From assembly GCA_963837175.1 (NCBI GenBank), contig CAWIMJ010000012.1, positions 199,724 to 263,723 on the forward strand: a DNA stretch of 64,000 nt, in the 5' to 3' direction. Under the pieces are notes generated by a model. That model saw only the letters and a program-made list of their open reading frames with translations. It searched no databases and was not told where the DNA came from. The position numbers were made by a program, and so were the translations under genes. The stretch's first letter is position 1; each line of letters begins with the position of its first letter. The stretch comes from an uncultured Nitrososphaeraceae archaeon. GTDB taxonomy: Archaea; Thermoproteota; Nitrososphaeria; Nitrososphaerales; Nitrososphaeraceae. Below are positions 10,771-21,971 of this stretch, piece after piece.

Positions 10771-11706
10771 CTTCTAAACAAGGAATCTTCGTAAAATCGT
10801 AAAATACGTACAAATAATTACATTTAAGATCAACATTGTACATAATCGAAAAAAATATTTTGATATAATGCTTTTAGATATAAACATCATCTTATATTAT
10901 TCTATATATGTGATTGAGTATAGAAACGGAATAAATATTGTTATAGAGTTCCTCTTAGCAGTAACAATAGAAGAGTCGCTTGCTGCTATCAGCAGAACTA
11001 CTTGGGATGAACAAACCCGTATACATGAAATATTCAATTAAATCGTCTTTATGGAGAAAGTCAATATTTGTATTGAAACATAATGCAGATGATAGATTTG
11101 ATTTTTACGTAGAAGGTAAAATCATTGACGATATTCCACAGACGGCCATACCGAAGTATTCGAATGGCTTCATATAGAACATACCCTATGTGACGGGATA
11201 GAGATAAACGTACAATGCAATATGAAAATTATATCTGTCGTGAGTGCGGAAGATCTTTTACACTGCCTTTGAAAGGCATGATGATGATAAGATTTACTGT
11301 GACGATTGTTTGTTAGACCAGCAGGATAGGAGGAGGAGGAAGAGAAAGTAAGCCAATAGTCAACTAATTACTATTACCATCGATCGATTAGAACCCGGTA
11401 ATCTTCTTATTCATTTGAGCTTCATAGTTCTAATGAATGATGATATAAATATATACTCCCTGCATAGTAAGATATCAAAGTAGATTGGTCAACAATAAAA
11501 TAGATGCAATGTTTAATATTACTTGATTTTTGCTTATCGAATTATTCTTTTGTAGACCTTTTGAAATTTTTTTGCCCCCATAACTTTACAAGTTTACCTT
11601 TATATGCAAAATGATTTCTGTATTCATGAAAAATTAAGAAAAAGAAAAATAATTTCTAAAAACTTATTTATTCTTTATCTGAAGGGACAGATAATATAGT
11701 ATTACT

Positions 11707-12867
11707 ATGACTTTAGCATTATTATCACATATAAGAGGAGACACATATGGAGGTGCAGAAATATTTTTCTCTGATGTAGCAAAATTATTACATAATAAGC
11801 AAAGATTTGATGAAGTAATCTGTTGTTTTGCTACTTCTTATGATGAGTTTTCTGATGAGCTTCGTTTGAAGCCCTATGGAATTAAGATAATTAATACGGG
11901 TAAAAATTTAGAGAATGTATTTCTAAATAGTAAATACTCAAAAAGTAGAAGTCTTTTGGGTTTCTATCACTCAATCCAGCTTAGAAGATTAGTTAAAGAG
12001 CTACAACCAGAATTAGTATTTATTGCTCACGAAGCTTTTAAACCCTTAGAGAGAATTATCAACAATAGTAATAATAAAAAACCTGCATTAATCCATTATG
12101 TTCATAATCCGTACGAATTTGTACCTGATCCTTCTGATCCTATTGTAAAGCTGTTTAGCTTAATTACAAATAAATACATTATAAAAGGAAATGATTTTAG
12201 TGATGCAGTTTTGGCAAATTCAAATTCTACAAGAAAGCAATGTATCAAAAGGTGGAACAGGAATGATTGTATTGTATTGTATCCATCTATCAAAATAGAT
12301 GAAATTTCTACTTACATTTCTTCCTCCTCCTCTTCATCCAGAGATGATATTTGCATAGTACTATCACGCCTCTCACCAGAAAAGAAAATTGAATTGGCAG
12401 TAGAGGCATTCAATACAAAACTTTTAAAAAATAAGCAGCTCTTAATAATTGGATACTTGTCACCCGAGAATAAGAATTACTATCAGAGATTGCGTGATTT
12501 GTCTAAAAGCAATCAGAATATCAAAATCCTGCCAAACCTTAGAAGGAATGATGTCTTGACTCTCCTATCCAAAGCAAAGATTCTCTTTCATCCTATGCCA
12601 GATGAGCATTTTGGTATTGCAATTATAGAAGCCATGGCGGCTGGATGTTTACCCGTTGTACATGCATCAGGTGGTCCACTTGAGATAGTAGAGAATGGAC
12701 GGTATGGATTAACATACAGAGATGCAAGAGAGATACCAGAATTATTGAATCGGGCCTTCAACCTATCAGAGCATTTTCAACATAAAATAAAAAGTAGAGC
12801 ATTGCAATTCGATATCAAACAATTTCAAGAGAAATTAATTACACTTATAAATAATGTAGGCCGCTGA
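11707..12867 (+). CDS. Glycosyltransferase family 4 (GT-B)
   Basis: YGGAE, LANS, LSRLSPEKK, EHFGIAIIEAMAAG. Confidence 0.92.
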   Translation: MTLALLSHIRGDTYGGAEIFFSDVAKLLHNKQRFDEVICCFATSYDEFSDELRLKPYGIKIINTGKNLENVFLNSKYSKSRSLLGFYHSIQLRRLVKELQPELVFIAHEAFKPLERIINNSNNKKPALIHYVHNPYEFVPDPSDPIVKLFSLITNKYIIKGNDFSDAVLANSNSTRKQCIKRWNRNDCIVLYPSIKIDEISTYISSSSSSSRDDICIVLSRLSPEKKIELAVEAFNTKLLKNKQLLIIGYLSPENKNYYQRLRDLSKSNQNIKILPNLRRNDVLTLLSKAKILFHPMPDEHFGIAIIEAMAAGCLPVVHASGGPLEIVENGRYGLTYRDAREIPELLNRAFNLSEHFQHKIKSRALQFDIKQFQEKLITLINNVGR

Positions 12868-13358
12868 CATCGTTATTGACTGAAGGATAGATCTTTATTG
12901 TAATAATACAGCTTTCATACCTCATTTTTACGATTTTTAATGCTAGAATATGGAGAACTGCAGCAAAGATACTCCAATTGAGCGAAAGGAGATAACTAAA
13001 TCAAATAAATGAGTAAGAACTAACGACCAGGATATCAAGGAATAAGGTTTAATAATATGACGATGGAGAAGTGAGGCTTGCGCTTTCAAAAGATCAAGTA
13101 TAGTCGCAATTTGAAACAAATAGTCCAGGTTATTATGAAGATAAAAATGTTATAAGCGGAAGGATAAGCAATACTACAACCTAGATTAGTTATAATAGCA
13201 TATTATTGCACCTGCGAGAATATCAAAAGGGTAAAAGGATTCAATAGAAGAGATATTTAGCCGTTCTTCTGTCGCTGTATGAGCCTTGCATGTAAATGGC
13301 CTTATCTGTCGCAGATGTTAGACCTATTAATCATGTTGCCCAAATACAAAATTGGAGG

Positions 13359-14201
13359 ATGAAATTCAAAGAGTTATTTCCATTAATAGCCATTATATCT
13401 ATAATCTTAATAATCGGAGGTATTTTAATGGTAACCAATCTTTTACCTGAACAACTGGCACAGCGTTATAACCCTCTATCTGAAGTCTCGATAAAGACTG
13501 ATTACAGAGTAATAAAAACTCCTAGTCTGCAAGATAACACTTTCATCTATGCCATAAATTCTGTTGCAGAAAAAGCTTTACGTATGGCTCAGAATGACAC
13601 AAGGGTAAAGCAAATAATCAATGAACAAAAAGATAAAGCAGTGACGATAGCTGCAATACAGCCTATCCTTATGGAAGGCAAGAATGGAAAACTCATTTAC
13701 AATTCTCCTGGTCAGATCATAATAACATCTAATTGGCAATATGTTGAAGGAAAATTATACTCGAATGCAGCAAATTTCAATGAGCTTCAGAATAAAATTG
13801 GTCAATCGTATCAGCATGTCTGGAAGGTATTTGTCGATTTGAATAAACGCACGGTCACCAGCATAACAGAAGAGCCTGAAAGGGTTATGAGGGTGACGTT
13901 TAAGCCGAATCTCATATATGCTGGAGTAAACATGTTCGTGCCAGATACAGTTAAGGTAAACTCTGGCTCGGCAATAACGTGGTTCAACAATTCTGATCTT
14001 CCTCACAACGTAGTCGGCATCTACAAAAAAACTGGATCTGAATCACAGCAGCAGATCCCAATAGATAGTGGTTTTATAGAGCCTAATGGATCATGGAAAT
14101 ACAATTTCAATGATGATGGGGTTTTTGAATATCATTGTTCAATCCATTCAGAAGCTGGAATGAAAGGCATAATCGTAGTATCGTCTAGTAGTCAACTATG
14201 A
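13359..14201 (+). CDS. Membrane-anchored protein with C-terminal cupredoxin (type 1 blue copper) domain
   Basis: N-terminal TM helix; PHNVV...YHCSIHSEAGMKG supplies His/Cys/His/Met ligands; GGAGG before ATG 13359. Confidence 0.88.
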   Translation: MKFKELFPLIAIISIILIIGGILMVTNLLPEQLAQRYNPLSEVSIKTDYRVIKTPSLQDNTFIYAINSVAEKALRMAQNDTRVKQIINEQKDKAVTIAAIQPILMEGKNGKLIYNSPGQIIITSNWQYVEGKLYSNAANFNELQNKIGQSYQHVWKVFVDLNKRTVTSITEEPERVMRVTFKPNLIYAGVNMFVPDTVKVNSGSAITWFNNSDLPHNVVGIYKKTGSESQQQIPIDSGFIEPNGSWKYNFNDDGVFEYHCSIHSEAGMKGIIVVSSSSQL

Positions 14202-14449
14202 CTTATGTGGTGGTATATGTTATAGCTAATGCTCAGTCTATATCTAATCTGTTACTTTAGTCTACTTGTTGTTGGACGCTATATTCGCTCACTTGCATAG
14301 GACTTGTAGTATTGGTTTTGGATTGTCGCGTTATTATGCTTTGGATCGAATTGTAACACTCCTTTGTTATCAGCTGGATCAACAAATCTTGCAAACTGAA
14401 TTGTATTGTTATTGTTGTTGTTGTTGTAAGCTATGAACCTCAAACCATA

Positions 14450-14484
14450 TTTATAATTTGTAATACTATGATTAACATGAGGTG
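14450..14484 (+). promoter_or_regulatory. Putative TATA box and SD for the HiPIP-like gene pair
   Basis: TTTATAA at 14450-14456; GAGGTG at 14479-14484; ATG at 14494. Confidence 0.5.
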
Positions 14485-14493
14485 TATAAGCAT

Positions 14494-14784
14494 ATGACAA
14501 CAACGAACTCTCAACAGTTTACATCCAGTCAGAACATACCCCAAGACGCAATAAAACATAAAAAATTAACAAAGGTCACATCAGGGTATTTAGAAATAGA
14601 ACATTTTGTGAATTCTGATACTCATACAGGATATTTTTGTTATAATTGTGACTATTTCATAAAACCACATCATTGCGCAATTGTCACAGATGAAGGACAG
14701 GACATTAAGGGTAATGTATCAGGTATTATTGCTCCTCATGCAATATGCTCCTTATGGACACCAAATGAAAAGGAGATTCGCTAA
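14494..14784 (+). CDS. HiPIP-like (high-potential 4Fe-4S) small protein, copy 1
   Basis: KKLTKVTSGYL...CYNCDYF...CAIV...GIIAPHAICSLW: four Cys in HiPIP-type arrangement. Confidence 0.65.
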   Translation: MTTTNSQQFTSSQNIPQDAIKHKKLTKVTSGYLEIEHFVNSDTHTGYFCYNCDYFIKPHHCAIVTDEGQDIKGNVSGIIAPHAICSLWTPNEKEIR

Positions 14785-14788
14785 AGCT

Positions 14789-15164
14789 ATGTCTGACAAA
14801 AACATATTTGAAAAAGCAAAAGATATGATTGGAAATGTGACAAAATTCCAGAAACAAAGTAAATTAAAAGCAGGTTATCTTGAGTGTGATGAATTTAAAG
14901 ATTCTAACTATGAAGAAGGATATTTTTGCTACAACTGCATATACTGGATGGATACAAGTGGAGGAAAATGTATGATAGTAGAAGATGAAGGACCTGATAT
15001 CTTTGGAAAGACATCTGGAGTAATAGCTCCCCATGGTTGCTGCAACGGATATGAGGCTAACTATGACAAAATTCATGATACGAGAAAAGATACTACTTTC
15101 TACTACTGCTACTACCACGACTACTACAACAGCAGCAGATAGTACTACTACTACAGATACGTGA
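14789..15164 (+). CDS. HiPIP-like small protein, copy 2; likely Thr-rich tail obscured by a one-base indel near 15108
   Basis: KQSKLKAGYL...CYNCIYW...CMIV...GVIAPHGCCNGY; ATG 4 bp after the copy 1 stop; as sequenced it stops at 15142. Confidence 0.65.
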
Positions 15165-15620
15165 TAGGAAAATTCGTAAACTGATAAGTAATAATAATAA
15201 TTAAATCCAATCAGATATTATTGAAATTATCATCTGTTACAAACCATCAACCGATTTTACATAATTGAAACGTAACACTCCTTTTTTCAGGATGTGATTT
15301 TGGTACTTTGAATCTATTTCTAAAACTAAATCGTAGAAATATACGTATAATGCGTACATGATTTCATAGTAGTGCATAGTAGTGGAATATTCTCTTCCTT
15401 TCAAATGCTAACATATAATAATAAATAGAGAATAGCATTCACTTGGATTCCTTATTAGGCTAACAGAGCCATCTGACCAGTAATATATAATAATTCGTTG
15501 TTAATTCATGAAATCCTCTTTAGTAAAAATCATTCTTGATGATTCTATAATATCTCTATGTATAATAACATTCCAAGTCAATATTACATTATAATTAGCT
15601 CTTCTAATTTACTAACACTG

Positions 15621-16091
15621 CTATTCAAACTTCATGCAGATATCTTGATATGTATATCCCAGCTTTTGGTAAAATGGCAATGTCTGCTCTGCACAATCAA
15701 GCACAATCTTTATACAACCCATTTTATTTTTTGCATATTCGGTTACATGTTTTACTAACTTAGAACCAATACTCATTCCTTGATAGCCAGGTCTGACTGC
15801 AACATCTTCTATATGGCCAACTCTTGCTCCACCTGCAATAAACTTGGGTTCTACAATCAAAGTAGTTGTACCCAAGACTTTGTTCTTTTCCTTATTTTCT
15901 GTCTTCTTACCAACATCATCCTCAACAACAACTGCCACGAAAACCTTGTGGAGTGGATTTGATTTGATAATAGTCAAAATTTGAATTGCAGTATATTTGT
16001 CAATTCGTGCTGGAACAAGGCTATCATAGACTTCAAGAAACCCACGGTCTAGGTCTTCATATTCCATTTCTCTTATGATGATCAATGACAT
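15621..16091 (-). CDS. GNAT N-acetyltransferase (glucosamine-6-phosphate acetyltransferase-like)
   Basis: DLDRGFLE, LIVEPKFI, GHIEDVAVRPGYQGMSIG, KIVLDC, FYQKLGY. Confidence 0.88.
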   Translation of the reverse strand: MSLIIIREMEYEDLDRGFLEVYDSLVPARIDKYTAIQILTIIKSNPLHKVFVAVVVEDDVGKKTENKEKNKVLGTTTLIVEPKFIAGGARVGHIEDVAVRPGYQGMSIGSKLVKHVTEYAKNKMGCIKIVLDCAEQTLPFYQKLGYTYQDICMKFE

Positions 16092-16800
16092 CACTATATC
16101 CGACAAAGACATAATTGTTGGCTTGGAGTTTTTGCATCATTTCTTTTTGGTCCTGCAAAGCTTGTAATGGGTCTTTTGGATGAATTGCTATTCTTATAAA
16201 ATTTGTTTTTTTTGCAAGAAGATTGTCAAACATTCTCCTATTTGGTTTCAGAGATTCAATATTCTGGTCTGGTTCTCCTTTCACATCCCAGTTCAAAACA
16301 GGATCAGTTTTTGTCATTTTTATGGAGTATGAATCTCTATCTTGTTTTGGTTCAAAAAACAAAAAGGTGTCTGTCGTTTCAGCTAGTTTGAATTCCAAGT
16401 CTTCAAGAATCTGCAATGATTCAACATTCAGATACCAAGATGGAGGCACAAATGTCTTGACTCTATCAAATCCAGCATCAGTGAGGATTTGAAGACCGGA
16501 TTTTATTTCGACTTCTGATTGTTGTTTTGATCTTGCATGAAAATCATCTAGATTTCCTTTCTTGTCGTTATGATATAAACCATGTAATGCTATTTCTAGT
16601 GTGCGATAACTTTTGATTTTTTCTACAAACTCTGGATAATTTGTTATTTTTTGTTCTTCTTTGTAAAATGGAATAATAGCAATATTAAACTTTATGTTTA
16701 GTTTAACTAGTTCGTCTGCGAACTCATATATCTTTTCTTCAAATACAGGAGCAGCGTCGTGTATTGTAATTATTGCAAGTCTCCTTTTTTTGTCAATCAT
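16057..16800 (-). CDS. DUF2334 / CE4-like polysaccharide deacetylase
   Basis: ITIHDAAP, IALHGLYH, FVPPSW, RIAIHPKD. Confidence 0.8.
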   Translation of the reverse strand: MIDKKRRLAIITIHDAAPVFEEKIYEFADELVKLNIKFNIAIIPFYKEEQKITNYPEFVEKIKSYRTLEIALHGLYHNDKKGNLDDFHARSKQQSEVEIKSGLQILTDAGFDRVKTFVPPSWYLNVESLQILEDLEFKLAETTDTFLFFEPKQDRDSYSIKMTKTDPVLNWDVKGEPDQNIESLKPNRRMFDNLLAKKTNFIRIAIHPKDPLQALQDQKEMMQKLQANNYVFVGYSDVIDHHKRNGI

Positions 16801-17276
16801 TTGCTACTTCTTCTTCTATAGTTGTATTTACTCGTTTATTACAGATTTAGCCAGATACTACTATAACTATCACGTTTATCGTATCTTTGGATGCGATATG
16901 CGGTCTATTCCATTATCTTCGAAAAGATCCAAGATAGATGACGATAATTAAAGATTTGGTAATAGTAACCCACTTTTTTTATAAATAATTTTCATTAATA
17001 CAGCAAAATTAAAATCAGTAAAATCCTATTTAGGTATCAATTGGAACGTTTGAGGGCATATATCCACTTATGATTGCAGTATCTCCACTTTTAATTATAT
17101 ATGTCCGATATTGCAATTCAATAGTACTACTTCTGTGCTTGGTGAAGATATTTTGAGTGGAGGAAATTTCCATATCTTGCCTGATGACTGACTAATTCCT
17201 TAGTCAGGATTTTGATATTCTAAAACGTCTCATATAAAGACACATATAGAATTCAGACCATAGTATAATCACTTTC

Positions 17277-18150
17277 ATGGCTCGCTACTACTACCAATAC
17301 CATTAATACAGATATTAATCCAAAGAATAGTAGAAGACCACAGCAAAAAGTACAAACAATTCCTCAAGCAGAGAGTATAATCTCTAGTCAAGTATCGGCT
17401 AATAGAAGAAATGAAATCCATGAGTACCTAAAGCTGTTTGGATACAAGGCAGATAAGACAATTATTCAAGTGCATATAACTGGATTCTTCCGTAAGAAGG
17501 GGCAACAACAGTCTAACCAGAAAGAAAAAGAACGTCATACGGCAGCAGTAAAAAAATACGGAGGAACTTCTTTTGTAATTGTAGGTAGAACACATGATCC
17601 ATCAATAATAGAAAATGTTGTCAAACCTAAAAAGAAAAATGCTCTAGATGCAAGTCCAGGATATGTAGGCTATTTGTGGAAGAATAAAGATCCTCAGAAA
17701 AGAGCACCACATGAATTAATACCTCTAGATTTTACTCCAATTCATCTACCATATCCTACAGATTGGAAAAATATGTTTGCAACCAAAGGATTTATGTTAG
17801 CATTACATGTTCCTGCTTCTTTTGCTAGGGATAAAAACAGACTTACAAGGGCTCTTTATCGTATTGGTAAAAGTGGTATTGTTATTGATGTCAAAAAGGA
17901 ATGGACATTTATTAATGATATAAGGCAATTTGGAATTAATAATACACAGCACCAGATCACTAAGACCACCCCTAAAACAAACAACATACGAGGTAGTATT
18001 ACTATGGATTATGATATTAATAACGAAGGAAGAAGGAAGGTTATTGATAATAATAATGAAGATCCCGTTAGGATAATCAAAAGGAGATTAGCCAAAGGAG
18101 AAATTAGCAAGGAAGAATATGAAGAGTTGAGAAAGGCAATAGAATTATAA
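17277..18150 (+). CDS. Hypothetical protein with C-terminal SHOCT domain; one-base insertion just after ATG 17277
   Basis: DPVRIIKRRLAKGEISKEEYEELRK; the frame is open from 17269, and deleting one base at about 17283 joins it to ATG 17277. Confidence 0.65.
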
Positions 18151-18319
18151 AATGTATTGGGACAGTAGTTAACTTTGCTAATGCAGCAAAGCAAAAAATA
18201 ATTTTTTTATCTTCTTAGTACTCTGCTGACTCTTATTTTATGAAGTATAAGAGATACTTATCCAAGTTTGCTTTTTTAACATAAATTGGCATTATTTATT
18301 TTTTTATTATTTGTTATTA

Positions 18320-20534
18320 TCATGCCTTTCGTAGGATTCTGTCAAGATCTTGTTTCTTCTCTAAAATGTCTTTCCAATAGTTTTCTCCAGATTTTTTGAT
18401 TGCATCAAAGGCATTTAATATGGTAAAATCAGTAGGAAGTATACTCTGTAATTCTTCCCATTTGATTGGCATAGAGACAGTAGCTGAAATAGTTGGTCTG
18501 GCAGAAAAGACAGACGCTATTGTTTTACCAATAGAATTCTGATTATAATCAAAAAAGACTTTTCCTTTTCGGTTATGAGTATCCCATTCCATTGTAACTT
18601 TTTGAGGATACCTCCTAACTAGCATCTTACCTATAGTCTTAGCAAATCTTCTTGTTTGATCAAAGGAATATAAATTCTTAATTGGAACAAGGATATGCAG
18701 TCCGGTCTTTCCTGATGTCTTTACATATGAATTAATATTGAGCATATCAAAAAGATCTTTTAGATTATAAGCTATCTCAACTGTTGCTTTGAAGCTATTG
18801 ATGTTATATACAGGTTCTCCTTCTTCTTCTTTTATCATGCCTGAATAGATATATGGATCCAGATCAAAGACAATAAAATCAGGATAATTTAGTCCACACT
18901 TTTCCTCATTTAGTATATCAACAGCTGTGGATGAGTAAGAAGAATAATCTGCAGCAATATCTTTACAAGCATTATAGTCTTTTATTCTGCTATACCATGG
19001 ATGTATTTCAATACATCCAAGATTTGCAATCCAAAGTAAAGCGTCTTTATTATTACATACTAAATGAGTGTTGATACTACCAGTAGACTTAGAATATACT
19101 TGCACCGTATTGACAAATTCTGGCTTTTCTTTATCTCCCCAATTTTTATGGAAAAAGTGCTCTCCTGTAATGCCGTCAGGATATCGACTTAATGATAAAG
19201 GCCTATCTTTAAGATAGGGAAGTATATAACTGCTAACCTTGTGATAATACTCAATTAAATCTGCTTTTGTTAGTTCTGGATGTTCTAAAGTCTTTGGCCA
19301 GTATACTTTATCAAGATTAGAAAATAAATTTTTTCTGCTTCCTTTAATGTCTATTGTTAGTAGGTATTATTGTGCTGGTAGTGACTCGCGACTTTGTTGT
19401 ATTTGTTATAGACGATTGATGATGCTGAGATTCAATAACCTGTTCCGTGTGACTTTCTTTCTCAATTATACACTCTTCAGGCCTTTTATCTTCTCTAAAT
19501 CTAAGAAATATCGGTGATCTCATAATTTTTTCTTTTGTCCATCCGCTAAACTTTACCTCTACTACCAGCTCAGGCTTGATCCAAACTGGTTCCCGATTAG
19601 TATACGGTATAAATTTAGCTGGACATTCTTCAGTCTTCATTTGTTGAAGTTTACTGTATATTTCGTAAAGCTGACCAAAGTCAAACCCACTTCCAGTATG
19701 ACCCGCAAACCTCAATTCCTTTTCCGGAACTTCATAAATTGCAAGTAGAAGAGATCCAAAATATCCTCGTCTATTTCCTTCTCCTCTTGTATATCCTATT
19801 ACTACACAATCTTGCGACTTTATGTTCTTGATCTTTAACCAATTAGTAGACCTTGCTCCTTGAATATATTTACTGTATTTGTTCTTTGCGACAATGCCTT
19901 CAAGGTGCATACTTTTGATTCTTTGAAAAATATCTATACCATGTTCATTAACAAAATCAGATATTCGTATTCTATCATTAGTTTGAATAATGGCATCAGA
20001 TAGTTTCTTCCGCCTTTCTAAAAATGTTAAAGATTGTAAATTCCTTCCATCAATATATAGAATATCAAACAAATAATATGTGGCGGGCAGTTTACGGGAT
20101 AGTTTTTCTATATCTTTAATAGAATCTACATTCATTCTTCTTTGATGACTCTGAAAATCAGGTTGGCCTTCTCTATTTAATATGACTATTTCGCCATCTA
20201 AAATAATTGATTCTTTGCAGTTTATTATTCCTGATGATTTCACTGCTTCTATAATTTCAGGATACCTATGTGTAATTGTCTTTCCATTACGGGAGATTAT
20301 CTTTAAGATTCCTTTTGTTTTGTGTAAAAAGAAAATAGCTCTTACTCCATCCCATTTAACTTCAAATATCCATTCTTTATTATCAAATGGTTTGTCGATC
20401 AGAGCAGCTAGCATAGGTTTAATTGTAGTTGGAAATTCAGAGGAATCAATGGCATCTTTAATTATTCCGTCATGATAGTAGTAGTAGCCATCTACAGTAT
20501 TGTTATCTTTGTTAGTATTGATAGAAGTTATCAT
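18320..20534 (-). CDS. ligD: NHEJ DNA ligase D (ATP-dependent ligase plus AEP polymerase/primase), frameshifted in the linker at about 19345-19365
   Basis: Ligase: IKPMLA, FEVKWDGVR, LDGEIV, FDILY, EGIVAK, WLKIK. Polymerase frame open upstream of 19105: FSNLDKVYWP...TKADLIEYY...RYPDG, then FDLDP, KTSGKTGLH, DYNQN. Confidence 0.9.
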
Positions 20535-20698
20535 TTACCTCTCTTCTTTCTAATTGATAATCTTGCTTACTACTTTAAGTGACTATCTGTAAATGCAGCC
20601 AACTCCCAGGAATTGTTGTTTATTCATAATTAAAAAAATTAAGGGGATAATGCTATTTTTATCTCCTCCACTGATTTGAGGTATTATCAGTAAGTTGT

Positions 20699-20971
20699 TT
20701 AGTCCTCTTTTTTCTTTATCCATTCATTTCCCTTTTTCTTGTAGTCTTTCTTGACAGCCGACCATGCAACCTTGTGTGCTACTTGTTCTGCACTCTGTCT
20801 TTTTCCGCCGTGTCTTTTTCCAGGATTTTGATATTGCTCTATAGCATTGGCATGAGCTTTTTTATATATATGCTGTGCATGCTCTGGTAGAGAATCTATT
20901 TGCTTTTTTGTCCTAGCAGATAATTGTTTATCCACTCTATTACTTCCTCCTTCCTTTTTGGACTTCGGCAT
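20699..20971 (-). CDS. chaB: ChaB family protein
   Basis: LPEHAQHIYKKAH...EQVAHKVAWSAVKKDYKKKGNEW. Confidence 0.85.
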   Translation of the reverse strand: MPKSKKEGGSNRVDKQLSARTKKQIDSLPEHAQHIYKKAHANAIEQYQNPGKRHGGKRQSAEQVAHKVAWSAVKKDYKKKGNEWIKKKED

Positions 20972-21410
20972 TTGATGATAAAATTATATAAAACACAATA
21001 TAAAAGCCTGACGTTAGAGGTTATTGACGTGTATAATATCATCTTCCATTTTTTTGTTTAATAGATATGTCGCTATGTACATTTAACCGGATAACTAGAG
21101 ATGAAGTTAGTGTCATACTGTAAAGAATCGAAATGAATACTTTAGTCTTATTGCTTTAGATATAAATGTCATCTTATATTATTAGATGGAATATTGAATT
21201 TAAACAGAAAATAATCCCTTACTGTAAAGTTCCATTTAGCAGTAACAGCCGCAACATCACTTGATCATAGCAGCACAGTTGAAGATGATGCTTCTCTAAA
21301 AGCACGAATTTTCTTGGCAACATTTTTCACAAATAATCATTAAAAGTAAAATAATTCATATAAATATTTATTTATACAGTTTGTCATAACTTACATAGAG
21401 TTGGAATAAA

Positions 21411-21960
21411 ATGATGGGACAGTCTAATAGTGAAGTAAACAAGAGAATGCTATCTGAAACTGCCACTTTTAGAATTGATCAAGGCATACTCAATGAATTA
21501 CGTAAAGAATTTAAACAAAATATGGAAAGCCTCAATGTAGTGATAAATAAATACTAAAATCATATGTTAATCATCATGTGCGTTTACGCAAACCCGGATA
21601 TTTTCAACGGACCTCCCCGCAAGAATATTTGATGATCTTAATGATGAATTAATGGATAAAATTGCAAGATTATGTAAAATACGAATTCAAGGAACACATA
21701 CAGATGGTAGGACTAGAAGATACTTTTTCATCCTTATGTAGAAGGACTTTGCAGGTGGTTAGAAGAGTCAGGTTTTCCTTAGGGACATCATGAGACTAAT
21801 GATGCTGACACATACACCATATGATTTGATATGGGGACAAGATATTCTGTCTTTTTTGGAAAATATATTCAACCTATAGCTGAGCATTTTGAACTAAAAA
21901 ATTCAAAACTAGAAGTAACAATAATACTATAATGTTTAAAATTCAGAGAGAATAATCTAA
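21411..21960 (+). pseudogene. Degraded ribbon-helix-helix-type regulator
   Basis: SETATFRIDQGILNELRKEFKQNMESLNVVINK followed by several stops and frameshifts. Confidence 0.55.
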
Positions 21961-21971
21961 GTAGGAAAGTA

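Noticed and set aside
14681-14788. Extended N-terminus of HiPIP-like copy 2 from the ORF track
   Set aside because: It overlaps copy 1 out of frame; ATG 14789 gives a paralog-length protein.
19340-19370. Programmed ribosomal frameshift between the LigD ligase and polymerase domains
   Set aside because: No slippery heptamer lies before the ligase stop, and the window has many similar single indels.
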